Below are positions 1-12,923 of a DNA stretch of 64,000 nt, one piece after another. Position 1 is the first letter of the stretch; every line of letters starts with the position of its first letter. The stretch comes from Coniocarpon cinnabarinum (Eukaryota). The DNA lies in contig JAVECO010000020.1 in NCBI GenBank assembly GCA_051942205.1, positions 62,001 through 126,000 of the forward strand, read 5' to 3'. A model generated the notes under the pieces. That model worked only from the letters and a program-made list of their open reading frames with translations. It did no database searches and was not told the DNA's origin. The position numbers and the translations under genes were made by a program.

Positions 1-698
1 GGTCCAAAGCAACGTCGTGGTCGTTCACAGATGGAACGAAGTTGGGCTCTGATCTCCCTTCATTAAGATATCGACTTAAAGGTTCGCAACTTCTTAGGAC
101 GTCCCGAAATCTGCTTTTGAGCTGCGATGTTATATCTTATACATCATGTATCGCTCTGACCTGTGGACATCCGCGTCAAAACCAGGGTCTAGGTGAAGAT
201 TTGCTAACCCTGTCCAGGTGCACGACTTCCCGCATCGATTCGCCCAGCGTGGTGCCATGACTTGCTATGGACAAGGAAGAGTAGGAAACCCTAGAGAATT
301 CTGGAGCGATGATCAGGAAATTGCAAGAAGGGTCGTCGTCTTGGGTGAATCACTCTTCTCGGGGGATTGCGATTCAGAAGAGGCCATGGAACACGTGACC
401 TAGAAACTCGAAAGACGTCCTCGATGGTGAGGATTGGTCTTGACCCTGAGCAGACTTATTGCGACGGGAGGATGCACGAGATTTCTCAAGATCAAAAAAA
501 TGGATGGAGCATTGTGGACGTTTCGACAGAATATGCTAGATCCGCTGTCTCCACATATCCACCCTCATTTCCGCTTCGCACATCCTGAACCCACATTTGT
601 ACATTTTCATCTGAGACATAATTCATCTCACGATAGCTTTTTCACAGAGACATCACCGTATCAGAAATGAAACGTGTCCACCTCCGAGATTCGCTCGG

Positions 699-2034
699 CT
701 AATCACCTTCACTCTTCGCCCGCAACACGACCCACGCTTTGGACATGCGACACTCCCACTCGCGGTCCAGCTCCTTCAACTGCCTCTTCGTGTCGTCCAG
801 CTGTGCTTTGAGTTTCTGGTGCTCGTGGAAGAGGTCGCGGTAGTGCTTATACGAGTCTTGGAGGGAGGACTCGGCGAAGTAGACGCGCCGGTGAAGCGAT
901 TGGGGTGTGAGGTTTTTGGAGAGCTGGACTGGACGTGGACTCTTTGGAGATGCAACTGAGGGCGTTGGGATTGAGGAGGTTGCGGACGTGAATGGACCGT
1001 TGCCTGTGTTGTTGGGTGGTTTGGTTTGGGTGATGGACGCGACACCTGTGGAAGAGGCGGGCACTGGCGCTGCAATTACTGGATCAGACTCTGACAGGAC
1101 TGGCAGCGGCTTTGCAGGATTTGTGGCGACACTATCAGAACCTCGCGAGGAGTCCGATTGCTGTGTGGCAGGTTCGCCCTGAACAGGCTGCAGTGATGCA
1201 GCCTGAGAGGCATTCGTCCTCGGTGCTGTAACAGCAGCGTTTGCCCGAGTCGATGAGCGTGTTATTCTGCGAATGGGGCACCCTTGGCTGGGTGTCTTGC
1301 TTTGAAGAGGTACGGGTTTGGTGCGCAGGGGCTGCTGTTTGATTCTCTTAGCACAGGATTGTTCTGGAAACGGATGTTCATGCTTCTTGCCAGCCGCAAC
1401 GCGGCCTTGATTGCTGCTGCACATGGCCGGCTCAACACTGGTATTCGGAGACCCGAAGGTGTGCAAGAGAGACAAACTTGATTGCCTGCGCAGCACTCCA
1501 CCGACGGCTGCTGATTGATTCGGTCTATCCTTTGAAAACTCACACAGCTTCGAAGTGGACTGTTGGGTCTTGACTAGCGTCGGCGGGCAGGCCATCGCGG
1601 CTGGGGACAAGGGCCGGCGAGTGGCTGCATCAGCGTTCGAACTATTGCAGCGAGAGGGAGTTTGAATATCGTGTGAATACATGGGAGCTACAGGAGCGGC
1701 AGCTGCACCGCCGTCTCCATGCCAAGGTTGGCAAATTCTGGAATAGGTAAGCAGACCGGATGAGTGTTGCAATGTGAATCAAGTACTGTAAGCTTGCCGA
1801 TGGTGGCGACTCGGACTGGACGATGTCGTCGTGGTCTCCTTGAGCATCCATTCCTCCTAGGTCTTCCTCTGTTGTATCACCGCTCGCGTCTGGCTGAGAA
1901 ACAGGATACGAGAGGATGCGATGTCCGAACCGCTGATTGAGACAGGCCGGATGAAGCTTTGTCCGATCGAGGTGCTCGTGCATGGCGAGAAAAGCCTGGT
2001 CGATGTCCTCGGGGCCACAACCCGAGTTTGACAT
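699..2034 (-). CDS. Hypothetical low-complexity (S/P/T/A-rich) protein with C-terminal coiled coil; 2 exons
   Basis: ORF 1642..2034 joins ORF 699..1772 in frame through a 49-nt intron at 1738-1786 (GTACTT...GCTTAC...CAG), reading SLQ-ICQPW. The C-terminus (YRDLFHEHQKLKAQLDDTKRQLKELDREWE) is heptad-like. Confidence 0.6.
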
Positions 2035-2756
2035 TCATGTCCCAGGTATTAGGCTTGCTTAGATGAACGGTGGGGAAAGAATGTACATGGAGAGTGTGAG
2101 TGGCGAGCAGAAGAAGGGCTGGAAGTGGAAACCAGCCGGGAACCTTGGCGGACGACCAACGAACAGGAGTTGTGAACAGCTGGCGAGAGCGTAGTCGGGT
2201 GCATGGTTTGCTGTCATACAGCCTGCCTTTGCTGTGGGCTGTCAAAGAGCCAAGAGCACTAGATGTGCGCATCTGAGATGGGATGGTCGACTGAGGGTCG
2301 AGGCTCATGATATTTGGAATGAGCTTCTTGGGCGAGTTGAGTGCTCCAACAGGGCGAAGGGAGCGAGTGCGCGACTGCCTAGAGGGCTCATGTCATGTCG
2401 ATGTTTCCTGGATGCTTCCCGGATGTTGCAGTGGGCGGTGAAGCTGGGCTTCGTGACGGGACGACGTCGAACATCTCCACCTGCCGCGTCGGTATACGTC
2501 AGGCATACATGTAGGGTAAGGGAGGTACCGGTCTACCTCTGGGCACTCCTGCGTGGACGGCGCCGTTGCACTAGCTCTGCGGTGACAGGGCAGCCAAGTT
2601 CGGATCCATGGTTGAGGCTCTGCAAAGGTCTGGAAATCTCCGGTACGCGAGAATTGTGTGACACGACTCGTCTACGCTCGCTCTCGCTGTGTCAATGCTT
2701 GCATCTCACACTGCGGCGGGGAGACAACCTCGTCGCGGCTCCGAGTTGCCCTACCC

Positions 2757-2963
2757 TCAGATGTTGATCGATGGTAGTGTATCTGTCCGGAGATGCATGG
2801 GAAGAAGGAGCAGGGTCATCAGCATGGAGAACATGGCAAGCGACAGGAACGAAACAATTGCGGAGAAGCGCTCTCTCTCCTCAGCTTGCTCCTGCGCAAC
2901 TGGCCGTATCAGTTGCAACGCCGAGGGCGCCAATGCGGGGAGGGCGACCTTGACGTCCATCAT
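2757..2963 (-). CDS. Possible small (68 aa) single-pass membrane protein
   Basis: ATG ORF with a hydrophobic segment (FSAIVSFLSLAMFSMLMTLLLLP) and a pyrimidine-rich leader; no recognisable family. Confidence 0.25.
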   Translation of the reverse strand: MMDVKVALPALAPSALQLIRPVAQEQAEERERFSAIVSFLSLAMFSMLMTLLLLPMHLRTDTLPSINI

Positions 2964-3697
2964 GTACCTTCAAGCTCGTCAAGGCGACAATAAAAGTGAT
3001 AGATGTGGAATGGCAGGCACGAAGAAGTATGCAAGTTGTATAGAGGTGTAGCGAGTGCACAGGTGTGTTGTACCTACAGGGCTCTGAGGGATCAGGTCAT
3101 GAAGCCATTTGTCCATTGCATCGAGGCGCAAGACTGGCATTCACGATGACCGATGACATCGCCCCGCTATGACGAGAACAGACAGACAACTGCCTTGACC
3201 GTCGATCCGGCGTCGAATGGGGCTGCGTGCACAGATGGGGTTCGTAACTCGACAGCTGGCACGAGGCATGGGGGGCGGCTTTTCGTGCCCACGATAGATG
3301 CGTGGGGGGAATCAATGCCGGCATCGCTGAGGAAGCCAGTGCCACCTGAGGTGCAACTCACAATAGGAGCCAAGGCTCAAGCACTTCGTCAGGGCAACTG
3401 GTGAAGACAGCAGAAACACGAGGGAACGCGTGGAGTGGAGTTGACGTTGTGTCTTGCCACGTGCCTGCTCTCTCAGGGGACAATGATAAATATCGATGTG
3501 TCGCCTATCCCTGCATTGGCGTCACGCGTCTTGTAAGGCCAGACGGCTAAGCTACCTAGGTACTTGGTGGTCTACTGGTAGTACTTGCTAAACCAGAAGA
3601 CCCGTTGCTCAATGCTTTGATCGGCTTGCGCACATCGGTTCTGTGAGAGCTTGGAAATACTCAAAGTCTGAAATCTCCTAGATTGTCATAAAGGTTG

Positions 3698-5211
3698 TCA
3701 TAAAGACCATCCTGCGGCTGCCTTTTGACGGCCTGCGTCACCCATCCTCATTTCTGATAAGGATTGCCCAACTGAATCAACAGGGTCTTTAGGAACAAGA
3801 GAGGTGCTGTCATTTTCGGGAAAATCCACTTCAATGTCATTGAGGTCGACCTCTGCACCGGCGTAGTAACTTGACAGCTGCTTAGCCATCTTTTTGTTGA
3901 AGCCTGCAGCCTCCATCTGCGCGTCTAACCGCTGAATGCCGTGACCGGCGGCAACGGCGAGTCTTGAAGCAGCTTCTTCAAAGGTGGGGCCGGGGTCGTC
4001 AGATTCGAAATGATATCTCTTCCGGAAGAACGCCTTGATTCCATCTACGTCTCTCTCAAAGTACTCGGACGCCTGCGGGTGTGACATTGAAGTAACTTGA
4101 GGAAAGTCAATGACATATGGAGTTACGGCCCAATCCTCTCCAGTGGAACGCGCATCTTCGGCCAGGTCCTCTGCGTCAGTTGAAAATGTATCGCCCTGCA
4201 TGCTTGGCGACTCAGCACTCTTCTCGTCATCTTTTTCTTGAAGGGCTGTCCTTTCGTGACGACTGTCTTCAAGTTCATCGTCATCTTCATCATGTCCATC
4301 TTCATCAGGCTCAGCCTGCCCTTGTTGAATGCCTGCTAGCATGATGTTGAACTCGTTCATATCGCCGTGAATAATGCCTCGTTCCGCCAGGCTCAGTACG
4401 ATCTCCATCAACTCTCCATATAGAGCTCCGACTCGGGCCTCTTGTTCTCTTCTGTTCCGCCCGAACGACGCCAATGGCACGGCTCGGAGCGGTGCCCCTG
4501 GCACAAGACTCATGACAATGGCGTGACGGCTGTGACCAATCGGTCGAGGTACTTTGATCCCAGCGTCATACAACAGCCGCATAGCATTTACTTCACGCTG
4601 CGCAGACAATCTAGACAAATACTGCCAGCTCGTATGCAAGCGTTTGCCCAGGTACGAACGATTGTTCGCAACCGTTCGAAAAGAAGTCCTGCCAAGCCGA
4701 TGGATCTTCAAGATCGCCTCCACATGCTGTGTAGCGTGAATTGGAGAGGGCGAAGTCACGAGAATAATATCACTTTCTTTGCCAACGCCCATCGTTGACC
4801 CCACTTCCTGCAGAGCATCACTGCGTGTGAGCGCATGCAGAGCAAGGTAATCATACCCTCCGTAAGTTAGCCTGTACCCATCATCTGACAGGTGCTCTGT
4901 TAGATCAGCTATGGACGAATCTGCTTCGCTCAGCACCGGCCTTACATTTCGCATTCTTGACTTTCGCTATGAGATCCGCTTTCGCTAACGTGCTAATGCT
5001 TCTGTTCACCCCGTTCGTCCCTGTCTTCAATGCTGCAAGCTGGATTGCTAATGACGTCGGAACAACCTCATGATTTTTGCTCCCCATTTCAAACTAGCAA
5101 TGGTTTCAGTTTCTTGGGAAGAGAAGTGATAGAATGTGAAGAACATACTGCCGTCAGCACACGCCAGTCTTCGGCTGACAGATAGCGCATCTGCTTCGCA
5201 TTGAGCTTCAT
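3698..5211 (-). CDS. RIO2: RIO2 atypical protein kinase (40S ribosome maturation); 3 exons
   Basis: N-terminus MKLNAKQMRYLSAEDWRVLTA, then GSKNHEVVP, YDGYRLTYGGYDYLAL, GVGKESDI, KIHRLGRTSFR, IHGDMNEFNI and IDFPQ. Introns at about 5094-5148 and 4885-4946. Confidence 0.95.
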
Positions 5212-5565
5212 TCCTGACTGCTTCGTCGATCTCAAATCTCAAATGAATCGACTGGGCCCAAAAAAGTCTCCAATATTTCGTAGACTTGATTGATTTTGGA
5301 GTTGCGGCGATGCCAACCGAGTCAGTAACAACTTTGTTGCCTTCAAATCCAGGCAGTAAAAATTGACGGAATTCGTAAGATAATATCCGCCTTCATGATC
5401 CAAATCAAACCAGATCAATTCTATCTAACCTTGTTGCCTTTCGAATACCATTGCTTCACGTTGAGCTTGCGAGGACTACATTGAATTACTGCGCCTGACT
5501 CAAGTTCTACGCATTGTCTGCACAGCGCGCAGCTTTACCTTCCGACACCACACTTTCGCGCCGGT

Positions 5566-8500
5566 ATGGCACAAGGTGACGACGAGAAGCAGCAGCACAG
5601 CGCTGCGGACAAGGGCAAGGCCAAAGATGTAACGGCGAATGGCGTTGATGGTGCTGCGGCAAAGAGGGAACCCAAGAGAGATAAAGACGGCAAAATAATA
5701 CCGGAGGGCAAGGATGAAGACAAACCTGAGGAGCTCTCGGAGGAGGACCAGCAGTTGAAGGAGGAGTTAGAGATGCTCGTTGAGCGCCTTCAGGTACTAA
5801 ATTACCCTTGAAATTTTGTGCTTTGCGTTGCTGATACGTGTTTCGTCCAGGAGCCCAAAGTCGAGCTTTATCAGCCGTCACTTAATCACATCAAAGACAA
5901 CATACGTAGTTCGACATCTTCTATGACTGCCGTGCCAAAGCCACTGAAATTCCTCCGACCGCACTATGAGGCCTTGGAGAACATTTACAAGAAGTGGGGC
6001 GAGGATCCGAAATTAAAAGATGCACAATGGGACCTGGCCGATGTCCTCTCCATCTTAGGTATGACATACTCAGACGAAGAGCGGTTAGAATCTTTGAAGT
6101 ATCGGTTCTTGGCTCCATCGCAGGACCTCGGCGCCTGGGGACACGAGTACATGCGACATCTGGCGCTGGAACTGGGCATCGAACATACTAGATGGTTGAA
6201 CAAGGAGGGCGCCATAAGTGATCTACCCCAGATGGAGCAGCTTTTGAATCAGCTTGTGCCGTTTTTCCTCAAACACAATGCAGAAGCAGATGCCGTCGAC
6301 CTACTTACGGAAATGGAGGAAATCCAGCGATTACCAGAATTCTTGGATGAGGAATCGTACGAGCGCGTCTGCTCATACATGCTCAGGTATGTCGGCATGT
6401 GGCGGGAAGGTTCGCAACAGGAATGGGCAACTGACTAGCTTACAGCATGGTTCCTCTTCTTACCTTTCCCGACAACGATGACTTCATTCGCACGGCACAC
6501 ACTGTCTATCGAAAGTACAACCGGCTACCACAAGCCATGACACTTGCAATACGCCTCAATGATAGTGAGCTCATCAAATCCGACCTTGCAGCTACAGACG
6601 ATTCCATACTTCGACGGCAACTTGGTCTCCAGGTCTCTCGTCAACGCATCGCACTCGACCTCCCGGAGGGCATTGAGGACGATCAGTTGGAGGAGACTCT
6701 CAATAACACACACCTCCACGAACACTACAAGAACATGGGCAAGGAACTCAACGTTCTGGATCCAAAGTCAACTCAAGACGTATACAAAACACACCTGGAA
6801 AGCAGTCGAACGGCAGGCATCACCAATGTTGATAGCGCTCGGCACAACCTTGCCAGCGCATTTGTGAATGGCCTCGTCAATGCCGGGTTCGGCAACGATA
6901 AGATGATGCTTGTGGGCCAAGAGGAAGCAAACACCCGAGACGAAAGCTGGGTATGGAAAACGAAAGATGATGGCCGAATATCGACGGCTGCGTCTATCGG
7001 CCTGCTTGAAATGTGGGACATTGACGCTGGCTTACAAACGGTTGACCGTTATAGTCACAATGAGGATGACATGGTCAAGGCTGGAGCAACACTGGCGGTC
7101 GGCATTTTGAACAGTGGTGTGCGTGACAGCGCCGATTCAGCTATGGCGCTGTTGTCTGATGAGGCGACCTTGAGTCACAAGTCGAAGGAGGTTCGATTGG
7201 CGGGCATCATGGGTCTCGGCCTAGCGTACGCGGGCACTCAAAAAACAGACCTGCTTGAGATCCTCTTACAGTATGTATCCGACACGAACCTCGACATGCA
7301 GCTTTCAGCGATGGCAGCGTTGTCCCTCGGTCTCATCTTCGTCGGCAGCGCGAACAGCGACGTTTCGGAAGCCATCATACAGACCTTCTTCGACGAGGAC
7401 AGGACTTCTCAGCTCAAGGATAAATGGACTCGCTTCATGGCTTTGGGACTGGCTCTGCTCTTTTTCGGTCGACAAGAAGAAGTAGACATTATCATTGAGA
7501 CCCTCGAGGCGGTTGACCATCCTATGTCTAAGCCGTCTTCGGTGCTGTGTCAAGTCTGCGCTTGGGCAGGCACTGGTGCAGTGCTGAAACTGCAAGAGCT
7601 CTTACACATCTGCAATGATCATCTCGATGAGTCAGGTCAAGAAGGAGAACAAAGTGAAGAGCCCTCTGCAAATGCACAAGCCAGCAACAATGCCTCAACC
7701 ACCGGAGGCAATGCCAACAGCAATGCCACCAACGGTGAAACCTCGAATTCCAACAATCAGGCAGCAGAGGACACTGATGAGACAAAAGCTAAGAAAGCCC
7801 AATCACCACTGATCCAGTCTTACGCTGTTCTCGGCTTAGGCTTGATCTGTCTAGGTGAGAATGTTGGGGAAGACATGATCTTGCGCACATTTGGTCATCT
7901 CATGCACTACGGTGCACCTAATATTCGTCGTGCGGTCCCACTTGCTATGGGTCTTGTGTCTCCCAGCAACCCACAGATGAAGATTTACGAGACCCTCTCA
8001 CGATACTCGCATGACACAGACAACGATGTGGCTGTCAATGCCATCCTTGCAATGGGCCTGCTTGGCGCCGGTACGAATAATGCTAGATTGGCGATGCTGC
8101 TACGACAGCTGGCATCTTACTACAGCAGAGACGCCAACTCCTTGTTCATGGTGCGCATCGCACAGGGACTGCTCCATCTCGGCAAGGGTACCTTGACACT
8201 GTCACCCTTCCATACTGACCGGACCATCCTCTCCCGTGTGTCTGCCGCTGGTCTTCTGACCGTCCTCCTCGCCTCACTCGAACCCAAGTCCTTCCTACTC
8301 AGCTCTCATCATTATCTATTGTATTTCCTCGCGCCAGCTATCTCACCACGAATGCTGGTGACCCTCGACGAAGAGATGAACCCGCTCAAAGTCAGCGTCC
8401 GCGTGGGTCAAGCAGTCGACACTGTAGGACAGGCTGGCAAGCCGAAGACAATCACCGGGTGGCAAACGCAAAGCACTCCCGTGGTGTTGAGTCACGGCGA

Positions 8501-8600
8501 GCGTGCGGAATTGGAAGATGAGAAATACATTCCTTTAACGAACGTGCTGGAGGGCGTGGTTATTCTACGAAAGAATCCCGAGTGGGAGGAAGAGAAGTAA
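5566..8600 (+). CDS. RPN1: 26S proteasome regulatory subunit Rpn1; 3 exons
   Basis: EELSEEDQQLKEELEMLVERL, SSTSSMTAVPKPLKFLRPHY, PC repeats and VRVGQAVDTVGQAGKPKTITGWQT. Introns 5794-5850 and 6387-6445 restore the frame. Confidence 0.97.
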
Positions 8601-8957
8601 AAGCATCTGAAGCGTCGTGTAACAGGTCATTAGGGTGGCATCCCACGTCGCGTCATCGCTCGAGTCTGCACTCGGCTTGATGCTGCTGTTGTACTATACT
8701 GATCATAGACTTATGCACGGATAATTGAATCGTTTGCACACTGGATTTTGATGGCCATCTTCAACAGGTACTTGTCGGGCTCACGGTTTTTGGACCTCAC
8801 GTATGATCTCAAACTGGGGACAATGTTGCAGTTCTGGTATTCTATCTTGACACATACACGCAACATATCCACCCACTGCATGCGCGAATACTCTTGGACC
8901 AGCGTTGCAGGTCGACCAAAGCTACCGCAACCACTTGCATGAGCCCTTTTCCATCTA

Positions 8958-9836
8958 TCAAGGCCATGTCTCCACCGGCTCTGACCATGCCACCTTGTCT
9001 CCTTCAAACCGCCACACCAGTCTCCTGGCCTTGTCCGGCTCCGTCAACTCCGTCCGCTCGACCTCATCCGGCACAATCACCACGACTCTAAAATGCCTCC
9101 TCGACACCTCCTCATCCAAATCCGTAATCTTCTCCCCCATCTTCTCATTCTTGTCATATGGCTGATCCACTGGCTGGCCAGGCGGTGGCTGTTTGAAGGA
9201 TCCCCGCATCGCAGGCGACACATTGCCAAAGTGGCCGCGCAGCTCCCGCGCCCAGCTCCATTCGTTCTCGCGGCCTTTATCCTCTTGCGGCGTCCGGTCT
9301 GAGAGACGCATCCGCTTGCCGACTTCGCTTTTCACGCTGCGGACGCCGCTGCTTCCGCTGCTCTCAATGTCGGGCGCGACGATCCATGCGGAGCCCTTGA
9401 TTCGCCATTGGACCATCTTCTCTTTGACCCAGTAGACTGCCTCGACGGGGCCGCCTCCGCCACTGCCTTGAGTTTGCGCAGGCTCATTTGCTTTCCCGGA
9501 CGACGTGGCGAACAGCTCTCCCACTTTCTGCATCCGGCTGTCGGATGTGAACGTGGGGCAGTCGGACTTGAAGAGGTGCGGGTTGCGTTCGGCGTCGTTG
9601 TGTTTGTTTTCAGGCAGCGTCGACCACATGCCGCGGTGGATGCAGAAACGAGCTCGAGGCAGATAGGGCACGGGAACGTTTTCGGATGTCGGCGCCGCGG
9701 GGTTAGGTGCTTGGTTGCTGACTGGATGGAGGGTGGAAAGGACGAACTCGGGTGAGGGCATTGCAGAAAGGTGGTCTAGGAATTCGGAGCGCCAGGGCGC
9801 GGGCGGAGGATTTGGGCTCGCAGCGTGACTAGCCAT
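8958..9836 (-). CDS. Pyridoxamine 5'-phosphate oxidase-like FMN-binding split-barrel protein
   Basis: APWRSEF, PRARFCIHRG, TFTSDSRMQK, VEAVYW...QWRIKG and FRVVVIVPDEVERTEL motifs; first ATG at 9836. Confidence 0.8.
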   Translation of the reverse strand: MASHAASPNPPPAPWRSEFLDHLSAMPSPEFVLSTLHPVSNQAPNPAAPTSENVPVPYLPRARFCIHRGMWSTLPENKHNDAERNPHLFKSDCPTFTSDSRMQKVGELFATSSGKANEPAQTQGSGGGGPVEAVYWVKEKMVQWRIKGSAWIVAPDIESSGSSGVRSVKSEVGKRMRLSDRTPQEDKGRENEWSWARELRGHFGNVSPAMRGSFKQPPPGQPVDQPYDKNEKMGEKITDLDEEVSRRHFRVVVIVPDEVERTELTEPDKARRLVWRFEGDKVAWSEPVETWP

Positions 9837-10820
9837 ACTTCTGGGATGAGACAAGGCACGAATGGGAGTGAAATGAGTTGCTGTTTGGGCCAGGCGGCGA
9901 AGAGGTCGTGAGAGGGTGGGTATGCGGGAGGCTGTTGGTTGAGCTATGATGATGGCGAAGGATGATGGATTGGAAGATTAGTCTGATGCCTTGAGTGTTT
10001 GCTGAAGCAATTGCGCAGCTATAGTGTGCTTGATTATACACAGCGAGCGAAAATGAGACGTGAATTCTGAAGAAATCAAAGGCGAAATGGTGATGTCATT
10101 TCCATTGGATCTTGGGCTTCAGCATCTAGCCCCACTTTCTTCGAGTGTTTTATGAGCATAAACGAGATCTCATCTATACTTGCAATCAGATGCAAGGTGC
10201 TCGAGCTACTGGCTATGTACTAGCAGGAGGCAATCTTGCTACTCCACAACATGCTGCAAAGTTTACAGCAAGTTCCACCTCCGGAGGTAGTATTCAGGTG
10301 CATGGAAGATGCTCTTAAATGGCCAGACCTGCTCACAGCCTTTTCACCTACATGTCTCCCGAACTGCGCATTCGAACCTGATAATCTGTCAACGTTTTTG
10401 AAACACCCATTACACATCTTTAGCAGACTTGTACATTGATAGCCAGTGGCGTCGGCTAGCAGCGGCTTCAGAATTCTTTGCAGAACTAGCAATATCTTGT
10501 TATCATGCCCCATGCAGTCATCTTGTACGTGTTTGATTGGTGCTGACCTCAGCAACCCCTTCGAGGCAGCTGGCTGCTGGCAGTAGAATTTGCTTCATGA
10601 CTAAGAAGAACACAGAGTGGACTAGGCTTCTAGGCCTATTTGCATTCTTTGCGGAAGAGAACCGTTTCCATTGTCCTAAATCGGAAGTACTACCTTCGAC
10701 GCTTAGAAGATATGTTATACCGCCAGCGTTGCGTAAATTATTTGGCGCAGCTTGCTATAAAGTAGACTCAGGGGTACCGCGCAATGTGAAATTCCAGGCG
10801 GTTTTGCTACGCTTTCGAAT

Positions 10821-11654
10821 ATGACAAGCTCAACACAGCGCACGACCAGTGTCTCAGATGGGACCACCCTCCACGTCGAGACTCATGGAACATCTATCCC
10901 TTCCCTTCCCTCGCTTGTCTTTTTGCATTACTACGGCGGCTCGCCTGCAACATGGTCACAAGTCTTGCGAGATTACCGTCTCAAACCTTTCCACAAGATC
11001 CTCTACCATGCCAGAGGATGGGCACCCAGCACCGGCCCAGATGACTCCAAATTCTATGGCATCGAAGCCATGTCATCAGACCTCGCTGCTGTCATCGCTG
11101 CGACGGGATTAGATCAGCATGATGCAGGTTTCATTCTAATTGGGCACTCGATGGGTGCAAAGGTAGCGCAGCACTATGCTGCCAACACTCGGCCGTCCAA
11201 TCTCAAGGGACTACTACTGGTCGCACCGGCACCGCTGTACGGACTCCAGCTTCCAGACCAAGCGAAGGAGCAGCAGCGCTCAGCGTATCAAACCAGGGAA
11301 GCGGTCGAATATGTACTGAACAGCGTGCTTCTAGCTCGACCCGGCATGTTGTCTGCAGAGACGACGGAGCAATGCATCCAAGATTCCTTACGAGGGAACC
11401 AGCATGCAAAGGATGCATGGCCAAACTACGCCATGGCAGAAGACTTTGGCGAGCTCGTCAACCGAATAAAAATCCCGGTGCTAGTCTTGAGAGGTGACGG
11501 TGACTTTGAGCGAAACATGGTGGGCGCCTTAGGGGTTGAGCAAGGGTGGACCAACAAGACTGTCGAGGAGTGTGGCCATCTTGTGCCCCTTGAACAGCCT
11601 CGGACGCTGGCTAATGAGCTGATCCAATTTGTGGAGCGCATGAGGTGTATATAG
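10821..11654 (+). CDS. Alpha/beta-fold hydrolase (intronless)
   Basis: LVFLHYYGGS oxyanion region, GHSMG nucleophile elbow, GDGD acid and GHLVPLEQP histidine. Confidence 0.9.
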   Translation: MTSSTQRTTSVSDGTTLHVETHGTSIPSLPSLVFLHYYGGSPATWSQVLRDYRLKPFHKILYHARGWAPSTGPDDSKFYGIEAMSSDLAAVIAATGLDQHDAGFILIGHSMGAKVAQHYAANTRPSNLKGLLLVAPAPLYGLQLPDQAKEQQRSAYQTREAVEYVLNSVLLARPGMLSAETTEQCIQDSLRGNQHAKDAWPNYAMAEDFGELVNRIKIPVLVLRGDGDFERNMVGALGVEQGWTNKTVEECGHLVPLEQPRTLANELIQFVERMRCI

Positions 11655-12226
11655 TCTGCCAATGCGATAAATGGAGCTCGCTACTTGATTTGTCTGCCAT
11701 CCTCAGGTTGAACGCAAGTAATGTACTTGGAGATCAGCGATTATGCACATCCTCGCATTTCGTTGCACTGCTGTCATTATCAGCGGCTGGTGTTTAGCAA
11801 GAAGGAGGCCTTCATAGCACCCGTTCTCTTGAGGAAGTAAGTCATTTCCAAAGTATTCGTGATAAAGAGCAATATTAAGATGCTCGCGCACGGCCATGCC
11901 CTGTGACAGGCACTACGGACACCTTCAATTCACATGGATCACTCTGTGTTTGTGCTGGTTGGAAACGGCACTGTAACATGGACACTCCATCATGCTCCGC
12001 GACAGTCCTCCGTCTTTCTTGCCTGAGTGATCGTCTCCTTTCGCTCATTGCATAAACTTCCAGCACCTCCGCCGCTCAATTACAACACCTAAAGAGTGTC
12101 AATCGCGTTCCTGCGTTTTGTAACGTCGCTCCTTTGCACTTTGTTTCTAGAGTTGTTATCAGAAGGCTTCGTCGAAAGTCAGTTTTCAGATAACCGAATC
12201 TCTACATCAACCTGAAGACATCCACC

Positions 12227-12923
12227 ATGCACAACACGGGCGGTCTCTTGCTACTTTCCCTCCTCACCCTCGCCGCTCCCTCTCTCGCACACGGGAACCA
12301 CGACCAAGCCCCGCTCACCTCCGACGACTGGGCAACCCTCCACATGGTCTCCGAACACCACATCTCCTCCTTCGACAGTCTCTCCTTCTTCAACCTGCAC
12401 GACTACGACGCCGACGGCATCTGGGAACCGCAAGAGATTCTGAGAACCTACGGCATGGCGCCGGGCTCTACCGACGGCACGGGCGGGCCCGGCGCGACAG
12501 GTGACGTGAGCGAGCGGCGGAAGGAAGAGATCGTGGAGTGGACTTTACGCGAGTTTGACGGGAATCGCAATGGGGTTGTGGAGAAGGATGAGTGGGTGGC
12601 GGGATGGGATCAGGGGAAGAGATTGAAAGATTGGGGACATGGACCGGGTCATCATGGGGATGATGAGTATGAGTATGAGTTGCATCATTACGAGAAGTGA
12701 GTTCCCGTTCATATCTCCTCAATGGTGGTCTCTATTTGGATGCTGACGTTAAAACGAAAGATATCATGACGAGAATACACGCGAGGAGGATCTGACGCAT
12801 CCCGAGGACATTGCGCATTTTAGGAACCACGATCGGATGGATGATGAGCAATATGCGCAGTCGAGGCAAGACATGATGAGCATTGTAGAGGCCAACATTC
12901 CTCCCATGTTCCGCAGATCGTGA
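12227..12923 (+). CDS. SSP120: Secretory-pathway EF-hand protein Ssp120-like; 2 exons
   Basis: Signal peptide; HM.SEHHI, FFNLHDYDADGIW, second EF hand DGNRNGVVEKDE, GPGHHGDDEYEYELHHYEK. Intron 12697-12760 is followed by YHDENTREEDLTHPEDIAHFRNHD. Confidence 0.9.
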
